NCBI GenBank assembly: GCA_013416795.1
Contig: RQSC01000029.1
Span: 687,067 to 751,066, forward strand
Source: Prasinococcaceae sp. CCMP 1430
Taxonomy: Eukaryota > Plantae > Prasinodermophyta
Direction: 5' to 3'
DNA: 64,000 nt
Numbering within the stretch: position 1 is the stretch's first letter; each line of letters begins with the position of its first letter. Shown piece after piece: positions 1-9,902 of this stretch. The position numbers and the translations under genes were made by a program. The notes below the pieces were generated by a model. That model was not told where the DNA came from. It did not search any database and saw nothing but the letters and a program-made list of their open reading frames with translations.

Positions 1-539
1 TGTCCTCGCCAGCCTGCCGCAACAACTCGATCGCCCACGCGGCCGACATCCTGGCGGAGGCTGAAGCAGCCGCGAGTGAGGCCGGGGCGAGCAGCCCGGG
101 CGGGTGCAGGAGGGGCCAGCGACCCTTGCCGCGAGGGGACGCTCGCCGCCAGCAGGGCCGGGGGTCGCGGCCGCTCCCTGTGGCGCCCCCGCCCGGCAAC
201 GCCCAACACCCGCGCGCCAGCGCGCGCTTGTGCGGTCCGCCTCGACGAAATGCTTTTATTCCGCAAACGCTTCCATCTTTTCGAGTTGACCGCCCAAGAA
301 AAGCGGCCGCGGAAAACGAGAGAGGATCGCGCGTTTGGCGCGCGCCACCGCGCCGCGCGGGGACGCGCATATGGGGTTTTAAAAAGGGTTTACAGTATAC
401 ATGTGCTGTGTCTCTGTGTGCCTGTGTACCTGGGGCCACACGGCGCGCGGGCGCGGCGCGCCGCGAGGTGTGGGAGGGAGCGGGTGGGGGAAGGGCGGCG
501 CGCGGTGCGGGGCCGGTGGGTGTTTGCTGCGGTGGTCGC

Positions 540-588
540 GTGGGCGCGAGCGCGTGGGCGCGGGCGCGTGGGCGCGAGCGCGTGGGCG
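540..588 (+). repeat. 14-bp tandem repeat (gtgggcgcg[a/g]gcgc) x3.5 immediately upstream of the SelS ATG
   Basis: Units at 540-553, 554-567 and 568-581, partial unit 582-588. Confidence 0.9.
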
Positions 589-591
589 GTG

Positions 592-1113
592 ATGGCGTTC
601 CCCGGGGACGGCGCGCCGCATGGCACGGCGCCGTTCTACTCGTGGGCGCTTGCGTTCTTGCGCGACTTCCTCGCGGCGCACGGCTGGTCCATCGTGTTCG
701 GCACGGTCGCGCTCGCGCTCGCGCTGCCGCCGCTGTGCGCCCGGCTGGGCGCCGTACGTGAGCGTCTCGAGGAGAGCGCAGACCCTGGCAGGCGGGATCG
801 CCTCAACAACGGCGCGGCCGCCGCGCGCGCGCGCCAGCAGGCCGCGCTCGAGAAGGCTGCCGCCGAGCGCCGCGAGCAGGAGCGCGCACAGGCCGAGGAG
901 CGCAGGCGCGCGGCGCAGGCGGCGCGCAACGCGCGCACGACCGGCGGCGACAGCGAATCCAGCGAAGCGCTCAAGTCGCTTGCGTCCACCAAACCCAAGC
1001 AAAAGCCCAAGCCCTCATACACCCTCGGCGGTAGCGCAGGAGCGAGCGGGAGCGGCGTCTACCGGCCCGGCGGTCCCTCTGCGCGCTACCGCAGTCGTGG
1101 TGGCTGAAGTTAG
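592..1113 (+). CDS. SELENOS: Selenoprotein S (VIMP/SelS)-like, 173 aa, Sec (TGA 1105-1107) as penultimate residue, true stop TAG 1111-1113
   Basis: ATG 592. TM segment after HGWSIVF (cf. SelS YGWYIVF), coiled coil AAAARARQQAALEKAAAERREQ, Gly/Pro-rich tail ending YRSRGG-TGA-AGT-TAG, i.e. GG-U-S*, matching the GG-U-G* end of animal SelS. Confidence 0.85.
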
Positions 1114-1275
1114 TGCACGCGGCGGGTGAAGGCTCGCCGCGCCAGCGCCAGCGCGTCCATGCGCACGGGCCGCACGAGCCTACACCGCCGCGAGCACGCA
1201 CTTGCCGCTCGCCCACTGAGCGGGACACGTGCCGCCGTGCGGAACGGACAAGAGAGGAGAGAGGAGCAGGTAGCC

Positions 1276-1381
1276 GGGACGGCGCGCTATGACGGCGCGC
1301 GCGCGCAAGCACGGGCCGAGCCCTCGCCGCAGGCGGGAGGCGACCCACGCCGCGTAGCCTGAGAACACACAGCGCCGACCC
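1276..1381 (+). promoter_or_regulatory. Candidate SECIS element in the SelS 3' UTR
   Basis: Helix I 1276-1285/1372-1381 (9 bp, one A.A mismatch); A-TGAC 1289-1293 facing TGAG 1360-1363 (G.A/A.G quartet); helix II 1294-1303/1348-1359; AA at 1307-1308. Folded by hand only. Confidence 0.55.
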
Positions 1382-1395
1382 CACCCCTCAACACC

Positions 1396-1400
1396 TGTAA
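1396..1400 (+). terminator. TGTAA green-algal poly(A) signal (SelS)
   Basis: TGTAA also lies at or just after other gene ends: 9797, 9869, 12554, 34629, 40729, 47055, 59759 (+) and 14651-14655 (-). Confidence 0.6.
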
Positions 1401-1513
1401 TTGTGCTGTACCATACAAGCTTTTGCAATCTTCTGACCGGCGCAGCCCGCGGTTGCCACACTACGCGCGCGCGCACGCGTTCGCGCAGGAGCGCGCTCGC
1501 GCCCAGCCGCCCG

Positions 1514-2875
1514 ATGACGGCGATCGCAGCGCGTGCGCTCGCGGCTGTAGGGGCGCTACCGCGCGTGCGGCTGCGGTTGCGGCCGCCGCAGCGCCTGCGT
1601 GGCCGCTGCCGCGCGCTCGCAGCCGCCACCGCAGGCGATGACGCCATCGATGATGACGGCCCATTCGCGCCTGAGATGGAGGGCGTGGGCGCGCACGCGC
1701 AGCGCGTGAGGGTATGCGACACCTTCTTGGAGCCATCACTAGCCTCTTCCCTACGGGCCACCTTCGATGCGCGCCACGCAGACCCGCGCTCCCTCGGCGC
1801 CGAGCGCTTCGTCTGGGACTACTGGCATATGCCCGGGCAGTATCGGCAGCTGCGCACGCCGGCCCAGGACTACTTTAGCAGGTGAGCGGCAGGCAACCGC
1901 AGACCTAGCTCTACACCCAGTTCTGTGCTTCGCGCCTGTGCTGACAGAGCTTTCCCTCACGCGCCCCCTGCGTGCACGTCGCGCGTGCTGCGCACAGCGG
2001 CGAGGGCAGCACCGCGGGGGACTGGGAGGCACTAGAGCGCGCGCTGTTGGACTTCGGCCGGCGCGAGCTCGGTTGCTCGGCTCTCACGCCGCCATGGCTC
2101 TCGTCGTACGTGAGCGGCATGCAGCAGGAGTGGCACACGGACAACGTGCACGGGCCGTGGGCATTCGTGCTCTCCCTCACGCACTGGGACGAGAGGAAGT
2201 TCTCCGGCGGCGAAACCGAACTCCTCACGCAACAAACCCTCGACTACTGGTCGACGTCTGGGGCCTCCTCCGGTGTTGCCGAGGCACCGCAACTCGTAGA
2301 GCGCGTTGAGCCCCTCTTCAACCGCCTTACTCTCTTCGACCCGCGGCTCCCGCACGGCGTCAGAGAGGTACAGGGCGAGATGGACCCACGCAAGGGCAGG
2401 CTCGTGCTGCATGGCTGGTTCACGGAACCTGTGCCTTACTACGAGGTATTCGCGCGCACGCGCGCCGGAGAGTGCTTGTCTGCGCCGGCGTTTGGAATTC
2501 CGCCGGCCACTAACAGCGCGCATGTGCCTCGCGCGCGCACACACGCAGGGCCCTGTGGCTGAAAGTGACTCGAAGCTCGCTGCTGCGGAGGAGACCATCA
2601 ACGAGCGTCTGGCTGCACTCTTCGGCGAGCTCGAGCAGCTGCCTCCGTGTTTGGGTACGCTGGTGGTGCGCATGGACATCTCCGGCAAGGACGGCGCAGT
2701 GCGCTCGGTGAGGCCACTCACTGACACAGTGGTGGTTCGCCCCTGCGGCGCGGACGCCGAAGAGGTGCGCGCACAGGTGATGGCTGAGATCGGGGATGCG
2801 CTAGGTACTCTGTGGTTCGACGGTGCCATCGGCGCAGAGGATAGCGAGATCGTTCTGCCGCTCGTCTTTGAGTGA
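1514..2875 (+). CDS. 2-oxoglutarate/Fe(II) dioxygenase (prolyl-hydroxylase-like), probable plastid transit peptide; exons 1514-1881, 1998-2445, 2549-2875
   Basis: HTD...H iron triad (EWHTDNVH...RLPHGV) and RLVLHGWF. GT-AG introns 1882-1997 and 2446-2548 (branch CACTAAC) join three ORF frames. The intron 1 acceptor could instead be 1949. Confidence 0.75.
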
Positions 2876-3017
2876 CGACCTCCCTCAAAGTCACGGTAGG
2901 GCGTTTGCGTCATCGCGCTGGCATGGGCGTGGGCTGGTGAACGCCAGGCACGTACCACATCCGCATGATGCTGGCGAGCTGCAGCTTCCTCTCAGCCGAG
3001 CGGAAGAGATCGCGCCG

Positions 3018-3275
3018 TCATTCCTGTAGCAATACCAAACCTTTACCAGCCGTCACTGGAAAGATCAGGCTTGCATCGCTCACGACGCCTACAGAGCCTC
3101 CTACGCGCGCGGTAGCACTGCACGCAGATATCAGTGTGTCTTGAAGCACGATGGGCTCCTCCTCCTCCTCCTCCTCCTCCTCCTCCTCCGCCTGCTGCAG
3201 CAGCTGCTTCTGCTCCCCCTTTTTCTTGCGCGGTGGGAGCGCAGTCAGCTCGCCGCCGCCACCGCCGCCGTCCAT
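3018..3275 (-). CDS. Small acidic ORF (MDGGGGGG...PRKKK...E11-PIVL), structure uncertain
   Basis: ATG 3275; poly-Glu encoded by the (CTC)11 tract 3156-3188; possible intron from 3104 to the acceptor at 3024. No family recognised. Confidence 0.3.
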   Translation of the reverse strand: MDGGGGGGELTALPPRKKKGEQKQLLQQAEEEEEEEEEEEPIVLQDTLISACSATARVGGSVGVVSDASLIFPVTAGKGLVLLQE

Positions 3276-4804
3276 CCCCGCAGTGATGGGCGCGGGGTGG
3301 GGTGAGATGGGGTGGGGGGAGGCGCCGGGCCAGCGCGCTCGCCTGCGCACTGGCGCGCCGCGCGACAATGGCGGCACCGTCCCCCGGCGCCGCGCGCGCC
3401 CCGCCGCCCGTTTTTTCCGCGAATCAGCAGTTTGATGGCATTTCGCTCCCGTCCGCGCTGTCGTCGCCGCCGAGAAGATTCCAGCATCTGCGGCGCAAAC
3501 ATCGGGGAGGGAGCGCAAACATCCGCCAGGGAGGACGAGCGAGACGAGACGCCTCATAAAAATCCAGAATAAAAAATCAAAACAATCGCCCTCGTTTTGA
3601 TGGACGCCCCCTTTTTTTGATATCCTTATTTTTTCGTCGACTATGCTTGTGAGAGAGAGACACTGTGCTGTTTGTTGGTGTCCGGCCGGGAGGGCCGGCC
3701 GCCGCGACGAACACCCCCGAGAACACGCGCGCGCGCGCCGCGCCCCTTTTTCGCGCGGCGCGAACCGGCGAACGGCGCCTGGGCGGCGCCATCCGAACGC
3801 ATCCGAACGGCCAAAAACCGCGGCGGGCGCCGATCGGCGCGCGCGTCCGGCAAACCTTTTTTTTTTTTTTTTGGCTCCCCCCCGCGCGCGCCTCGAAACC
3901 GCCGCTGCCTCGCCGTGCCGGGAAGCGCAAAGGCAAAGCCAAATGTCCCGGAATCCCATTTCAAATTAGAGAATACTTGTAAAATATATTGCTAATTGAC
4001 CTGATTAATAATAATAGCGGATTTGAAATTGGGGGTTGATCTTCTTCATCAGCATCAGCCCTGCAGCGGGGGCGCCTGCGGGCGCCACAACGCGCGCGGC
4101 AGCTCTGGAAGGAAGACCGAGCAGGGTGCGCCGTCGCATACTTCCACGAGGCGGCGGCGCCGGTGTGGCGGTGGCGGCGCGTACGGCGCCAGGGGGGCTC
4201 GGGCGCGTTTTTTTTTTTCGCAGGCGCAGCGTGCGGGCGAGTGTTAGGGGTTGGCTGCGCCCCCGGGGAGGGGAGGGCCCGGTCCGGAGGGAGGGGCTGT
4301 GCGCGCTCCTGGGAGCGGAGGGACGCCCGCGCGCGTTGCGAGGAACCGATCGGGACTCGTGGGGGCGCCCTAGCTCCCGCGAGCCCCGATCGTCGCCCGC
4401 GGGCCCGCGCGCTGAGCGTGCTCTGCAGTGGCGACGTCAGCGTCAGCCGCAGCAGCTGGGCGGCGGCGGGACGTGGCGGATGCAGCGCACGTGGCGGCGG
4501 CAACGGCGCCGCGCCGAGCTTGCCTCACGATGCGGACGCGTGCGCGACTTCATGTTGCAAATGCCCGCAAGCGACTGGCCCCGCTACGCAGTGGCGGGCG
4601 ATCGATCGCTTGGCGCCGCGCACAATGGGGACGCGCTGGCGAGGGCTCGACGCTAACACCCCGAGCCGCTCCTTGTTGTATGTGCCTGCATGCTAACTGT
4701 GGCGGCGCCTGCTGGCCTGGCCGATCCCATCCCTCACCCCCTCACCCCCATCCGACCCCACCCGCTTCACCTACCGCAACACCTGCTGGCACATGCGCAC
4801 ATAG

Positions 4805-7800
4805 TTGCCCAACGTTGGCATCAACAGCCAGTTCATCACGTTCACCCATGTGACGATGGAAAGCGAGAAGTACGTGTGTGTGCGCGAGACCGGCGGCAAC
4901 AATTCTGTCGTGATCATCGACATGGCAAACCCCATGCAGCCGCTGCGCAGGCCCATCACGGCCGACTCGGCACTCATCAACCCCAACTCCAAGGTGATCG
5001 CACTGAAGGCCGCCATCCCCAACACGACGCAGGACCATCTGCAGATCTTCAACATCGACGCCAAGGCCAAGATCAAGTCCTTCCAGATGCCTGAGCAGGT
5101 GGTGTTCTGGAAGTGGATCACGCCCGGCATGATCGGCATCGTTACGGCCGGCGCGGTGTACCACTGGGGAATGGATGGCGCCTCCGACCCTGTGAAGGTG
5201 TTCGACCGCACCGCCAACCTCGAGGGCAACCAGATCATCAACTACCGCTGCTCGCCGGACATGAAGTGGCTGGTTCTGGTGGGAATCACCGCGGGCAGCC
5301 CCGAGCGCCCGCAGCTGGTCAAGGGCAACATGCAGCTCTTCTCGGTGGAGCAGACGCGCTCGCAGGCGCTGGAGGCGCACGCCGCCGCCTTCGGTCAGGT
5401 GAACGGCACCAACGTCATCACCTTCTCCACCAAGACGGTGGCGAACGGCGCGCTCACCTCCAAGCTGCACATTGTGCCTCTGGGAGGCACCGGCTTCACC
5501 AAGAAGCAGGCGGACCTCTTCTTTCCGCAGGAGTTCGCCGATGACTTCCCGGTGTCCATGCAGGTGAGCGAGAAGTACGGCCTGATCTACGTGATCACGA
5601 AGCTCGGCCTGCTCTTCGTGTACGACCTCGAGACTGCCACCGCCGTGTACCGCAACCGCATCTCGCCGGACCCCGTTTTCCTCACGGCGTCCTCCGAGGC
5701 CACCGGCGGCTTCTACGCGATCAACCGCCGCGGCCAGGTTCTGCTCGCCACTGTCAACGACCAGACGATCGTACCCTTCATCAGCGGCCAGCTGAACAAC
5801 GCGGAGCTCGCCATGAGCATCGCCAAGCGCGCCAACCTCGCGGGCGCCGGTGACCTGGTCTTCCGCCAGTTCGACCAGCTCTTCGCGCAGGGCAACTACA
5901 AGGGCGCGGCCGAGCTCGCGGCGCAGAGCCCGCAGGGCGCGCTGCGCACGCCGGAGACCATCGCCAAGTTCCAGCAGGTGCCGGTGCAGCCGGGGCAGAC
6001 CTCGCCGCTGCTGCAGTACTTCGGCACGCTGCTCACCAAGGGCGGCCTTAATGCCATCGAGTCCGTGGAGCTCGCGAAGCTGGTCATCTCGCAAAACAAG
6101 AAGCAGCTGCTGGACAACTGGATGGGCGAGAACAAGCTTGAGTGCTCCGAGGAACTCGGCGACCTGCTCGCGCAGTCGGACCAGGACATGGCCCTCAAGG
6201 TGTACGTCAAGGCGCAGGCGAGCCCGAAGGTCGTCATGATGCTGGCGCAGAAGAAGGAGTACGAGAAGATCGCGAAGTACTCGCAGCAGGTGGGCTACAC
6301 GCCGGACTGGCTGCAGCTGATGATGCAGATGCTCATGCACGACGGCCAGGGCGCTGTCAACCTCGCGCTGATGATCGTGCAGCAGGACCCGCCCGGCCTC
6401 GACCTCAACACCATTACGGATCTGTTCCTCCAGCGGAACATGATCCGCGAGGCCACGAGCTTTCTGCTGGACGTGCTCAAGCCCAATCTGCCCGAGCACG
6501 CCATGCTGCAGACGAAGGTGCTCGAAATCAACCTCATCACCTTCCCAAATGTTGCCGACGCCATCCTGGGCAACGGCATGTTCACGCACTACGACCGCCC
6601 GCGCATCGCGCAGCTGTGCGAGAAGGCCGGCCTGTACCTGCGCGCGCTGTCGCACTACACCGACTTGCCGGACATCAAGCGCTGCGTGGTGAACACGAAC
6701 GCCATTGAGCCGCAGGCCCTCACCGAGTTCTTCGGCACGCTCAGCCGCGAGTGGGCGCTCGACTGTCTCAAGGAGCTTCTCACGCTCAACCTGCGCCAGA
6801 ACCTGCAGCTGGCCGTGCAGATCATGAAGGAGTACACCGAGCAGCTCACCGCCGAGTCGTGCATTGAGCTGCTCGAGTCCTTCAACTCGTACGAGGGCCT
6901 GTACTTCTACCTGGGCTCGTACATCGCCTTCTCGGAGGACAAGGACGTGCACTACAAGTACATCGAGGCCGCCGCAAAGACCGGCCAGATCAAGGAGGTG
7001 GAGCGCGTGACGCGCGAGTCGAACAACTTCGAGCCTGAGCCCGTCAAGCAGTTCCTCATGGAGGCCAAGCTCCCGGACGCGCGCCCGCTGATCAATGTGT
7101 GCGACAGGTACGGCTTCGTCCACGACCTGACGACCTACCTGTACGACAACTCGATGCTGCGCTACATCGAGGGCTACTGTCAGAAGGTGAACCCCAGCAA
7201 CACCCCCGAGGTGGTCGGCGCGCTGCTCGACAAGGAGTGCGACGAGGACTTCATCAAGAACCTCATCGTGTCGGTGCGCTCGCTGATCCCGGTCGAGAAG
7301 CTCTGCGAGGAGGTGGAGAAGCGCAACAAGGTCAAGATCTTGAGCGCCTTCCTCGAGCACCTCGTCAACGAGGGCTCTACCGACGTGCACGTGCACAATG
7401 CGCTCGGCAAGATCATCGTTGACTCCAACAACAACCCTGACCACTTCCTCACCACCAACCCGTACTACGACAGCGTGGTGGTCGGCAAGTACTGCGAGAA
7501 GCGCGACCCCAACCTCGCGTGCGTTGCGTACAAACGCGGCCAGTGCGACATGGAGCTGGTGGCCGTCACCAACAAGCACTCGCTCTTCAAGCTGCAGGCG
7601 CGCTACATCACCGAGCGCATGGACCTGGAGCTGTGGGAGCAGGTGCTCGACGAAGGGAATGAGTTCCGCCGCCACCTGATCGACCAGGTCGTTTCGACCG
7701 CGCTACCCGAGGCCAAGAACCCTGAGCAGGTGTCTGTGACCGTCAAGGCCTTCATCAACGCAGACCTTCCCAACGAGCTCATCGAGCTGCTGGAGAAGAT

Positions 7801-9790
7801 CGTGCTACAGAACTCGGCATTCAGCGGCAACCCCAACCTGCAGAACCTGCTTATTCTGACGGCGATCAAGGCCGACAAGACGCGCGTGATGGACTACGTC
7901 AACCGCATGGACAACTTTGACGGCGCTGCGGTGGGCGACATCGCAGTGGGCTCGGAGCTGTACGACGAGGCCTACGCCATCTACAAGAAGTTCAAGCTGC
8001 ACTCGCAGGCCATCTCGGTCCTCATCGACAACCTGCAGGACTTCGAGCGCGCGCAAGATTTCGCGAGCAAGGTGGAGGAGCCGGAGGTGTGGGCTGTGCT
8101 GGCGCGCGCCATGCTCAATACGGGCGACGTCGCAGGCGCCATATCTGGCTTCCTCAAGGCGGGCGACTCCACAGACAATGCGGCCGTCATTGAGGCCGCC
8201 GAGGCTGCGGGCGAGTACGAGGCGCTCGTCAAGTATCTGCAGATGACGCGCAAGAAGGTCAAGGAGGCGCGCGTGGACAGCGCGCTGTGCTACGCGTTCG
8301 CGAAAACCGGCGCGCTCGGTGAGCTCGAGGAGTTCCTCACGGTGCCCAACTCGGCGGACATCAGTGCGTGCGGCGACAAGTGCTACGACGAGGGCCTGTA
8401 CGAGGCCGCCAAGGTGCTCTTTACAAACGTGTCCAACTGGGCGCGCCTCGCGAGCACACTTGTCAAGCTTGGGCAATACCAGGCGGCCGTGGACGCCGCA
8501 CGCAAGGCCAACTCGATGCGCACCTGGAAGGAGGTGTGCTTCGAGTGCGTTCTGCGCGACGAGACGCGCCTGGCGCAGGTGGCTGGTCTGAACATCATTG
8601 TGCACGCGGATGAGCTCGACGAGGTGTCCGAGTTCTACCAGCGCAAGGGCAAGTTCGACCAGCTCCAGGCACTGCTCGAGGCCGGTCTGGGGCTGGAGCG
8701 CGCGCACATGGGCATCTTCACCGAGCTCGGCATCATGTACGCCAGGTTTGCGCCCGAGAAGCTCATGGAACACATCAAGCTCTACGCCACGCGCGTGAAC
8801 ATCCCGCGCCTCATCCGCACGTGCGACGAGCAGCAGCACTGGAAGGAGCTCGCGTTCCTTTACTGCCAGTATGACGAGTACGACAACGCCGCCGTCACCA
8901 TCATGACGCACTCGCCGGACGCGTGGGAGCACTCAACCTTCAAGGATGTGCTGGTCAAGGTGGCAAACATGGAGCTCTACTACCGTGCGATCAACTTCTA
9001 CCTCGACGAGCAGCCTCAGCTTGTCAACGAGCTGCTGGCGGTGCTGTCGAGCCGCGTGGATCACTCGCGCGTGGTCGACCTGCTGCGTCGCGCAGGCCAA
9101 CTGTCGCTCGCGAGGCCTTACCTGGAGCAGGCGCAGCAGGCCAACCTTGCCGCGGTCAACGAGGCCGTCAACCAGCTGTGCGTGGACGAGGAGGACTACG
9201 AGGCGCTGCGCGCTTCCATCGATACCTATGACAACTTTGACGCTGTGGCACTCGCCGTCAGCATCGAGAAGCATGAGCTGCTCGAGTTCCGCCGCGTGGC
9301 CGCCACGCTGTACAAGAACAACAAGCGCTACCGCAAGTCGATGGAGCTGTCCAAGGAGGACAAGCTCTACAAGGACGCGATGGAGACTGCGGCGATGAGC
9401 GGTGAGCACGAGCTGGTGCAGGAGCTCATGCACTTCTTCGTGGACAACCAGATGAAGGAGTGCTTCGCCGCCTGCCTGTACACGTGCTACGACCTGGTGA
9501 AGGTTGACGTGGCTCTCGAGCTCGCGTGGCTCAACGGTATGATGGAGTTCGTCATGCCCTACCTCATCCAGTCGATCCGCCACTACACCGGCCTCGTGGA
9601 CAAGCTGGAGCAGGCGCGCCTCGACGCCGTCGCCGAGGAGGCCAACAAAAAGGCTGCGGAGAAGCAGGAGGAGCAGCAGGCCAACATGTACCAGCAGCTG
9701 CTGCCGCCGGCGCTTCCTGCTCCGGAAATGCCCAACGGGCAGCAGGGCTACCCAGGACAGCCGGGCTTCGGCGGCCCTGGGGGCTACTAA
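4805..9790 (+). CDS. CHC: Clathrin heavy chain (main exon; short first exon not located)
   Basis: 1661-aa ORF with [50 protein letters not shown] and clathrin repeats. It is preceded directly by an in-frame TAG that serves as acceptor (4802-4804). Confidence 0.98.
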   Translation: MPNVGINSQFITFTHVTMESEKYVCVRETGGNNSVVIIDMANPMQPLRRPITADSALINPNSKVIALKAAIPNTTQDHLQIFNIDAKAKIKSFQMPEQVVFWKWITPGMIGIVTAGAVYHWGMDGASDPVKVFDRTANLEGNQIINYRCSPDMKWLVLVGITAGSPERPQLVKGNMQLFSVEQTRSQALEAHAAAFGQVNGTNVITFSTKTVANGALTSKLHIVPLGGTGFTKKQADLFFPQEFADDFPVSMQVSEKYGLIYVITKLGLLFVYDLETATAVYRNRISPDPVFLTASSEATGGFYAINRRGQVLLATVNDQTIVPFISGQLNNAELAMSIAKRANLAGAGDLVFRQFDQLFAQGNYKGAAELAAQSPQGALRTPETIAKFQQVPVQPGQTSPLLQYFGTLLTKGGLNAIESVELAKLVISQNKKQLLDNWMGENKLECSEELGDLLAQSDQDMALKVYVKAQASPKVVMMLAQKKEYEKIAKYSQQVGYTPDWLQLMMQMLMHDGQGAVNLALMIVQQDPPGLDLNTITDLFLQRNMIREATSFLLDVLKPNLPEHAMLQTKVLEINLITFPNVADAILGNGMFTHYDRPRIAQLCEKAGLYLRALSHYTDLPDIKRCVVNTNAIEPQALTEFFGTLSREWALDCLKELLTLNLRQNLQLAVQIMKEYTEQLTAESCIELLESFNSYEGLYFYLGSYIAFSEDKDVHYKYIEAAAKTGQIKEVERVTRESNNFEPEPVKQFLMEAKLPDARPLINVCDRYGFVHDLTTYLYDNSMLRYIEGYCQKVNPSNTPEVVGALLDKECDEDFIKNLIVSVRSLIPVEKLCEEVEKRNKVKILSAFLEHLVNEGSTDVHVHNALGKIIVDSNNNPDHFLTTNPYYDSVVVGKYCEKRDPNLACVAYKRGQCDMELVAVTNKHSLFKLQARYITERMDLELWEQVLDEGNEFRRHLIDQVVSTALPEAKNPEQVSVTVKAFINADLPNELIELLEKIVLQNSAFSGNPNLQNLLILTAIKADKTRVMDYVNRMDNFDGAAVGDIAVGSELYDEAYAIYKKFKLHSQAISVLIDNLQDFERAQDFASKVEEPEVWAVLARAMLNTGDVAGAISGFLKAGDSTDNAAVIEAAEAAGEYEALVKYLQMTRKKVKEARVDSALCYAFAKTGALGELEEFLTVPNSADISACGDKCYDEGLYEAAKVLFTNVSNWARLASTLVKLGQYQAAVDAARKANSMRTWKEVCFECVLRDETRLAQVAGLNIIVHADELDEVSEFYQRKGKFDQLQALLEAGLGLERAHMGIFTELGIMYARFAPEKLMEHIKLYATRVNIPRLIRTCDEQQHWKELAFLYCQYDEYDNAAVTIMTHSPDAWEHSTFKDVLVKVANMELYYRAINFYLDEQPQLVNELLAVLSSRVDHSRVVDLLRRAGQLSLARPYLEQAQQANLAAVNEAVNQLCVDEEDYEALRASIDTYDNFDAVALAVSIEKHELLEFRRVAATLYKNNKRYRKSMELSKEDKLYKDAMETAAMSGEHELVQELMHFFVDNQMKECFAACLYTCYDLVKVDVALELAWLNGMMEFVMPYLIQSIRHYTGLVDKLEQARLDAVAEEANKKAAEKQEEQQANMYQQLLPPALPAPEMPNGQQGYPGQPGFGGPGGY

Positions 9791-9902
9791 AGAGGGTGTA
9801 ATCGGGGCAGGAAAAAGGAACTAAATGAATGCCGCAGGGGCGCGCACCAGCTGCGGCGACCTGTGACCTGTAAACATTGAAAGAATGTCATAAGATGCGC
9901 GT

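Noticed and set aside
1126-1180. Alternative SECIS starting at GTGAA 1126
   Set aside because: The stem ggctcg/cgagcc is not followed by a GA and there is no apical AA.
4491-4540. GTG-GCG-GCG-GCA-ACG-GCG-CCG (VAAATAP) as clathrin exon 1
   Set aside because: It resembles plant MAAANAP, but the following residues do not match and no phase-0 GT donor follows.
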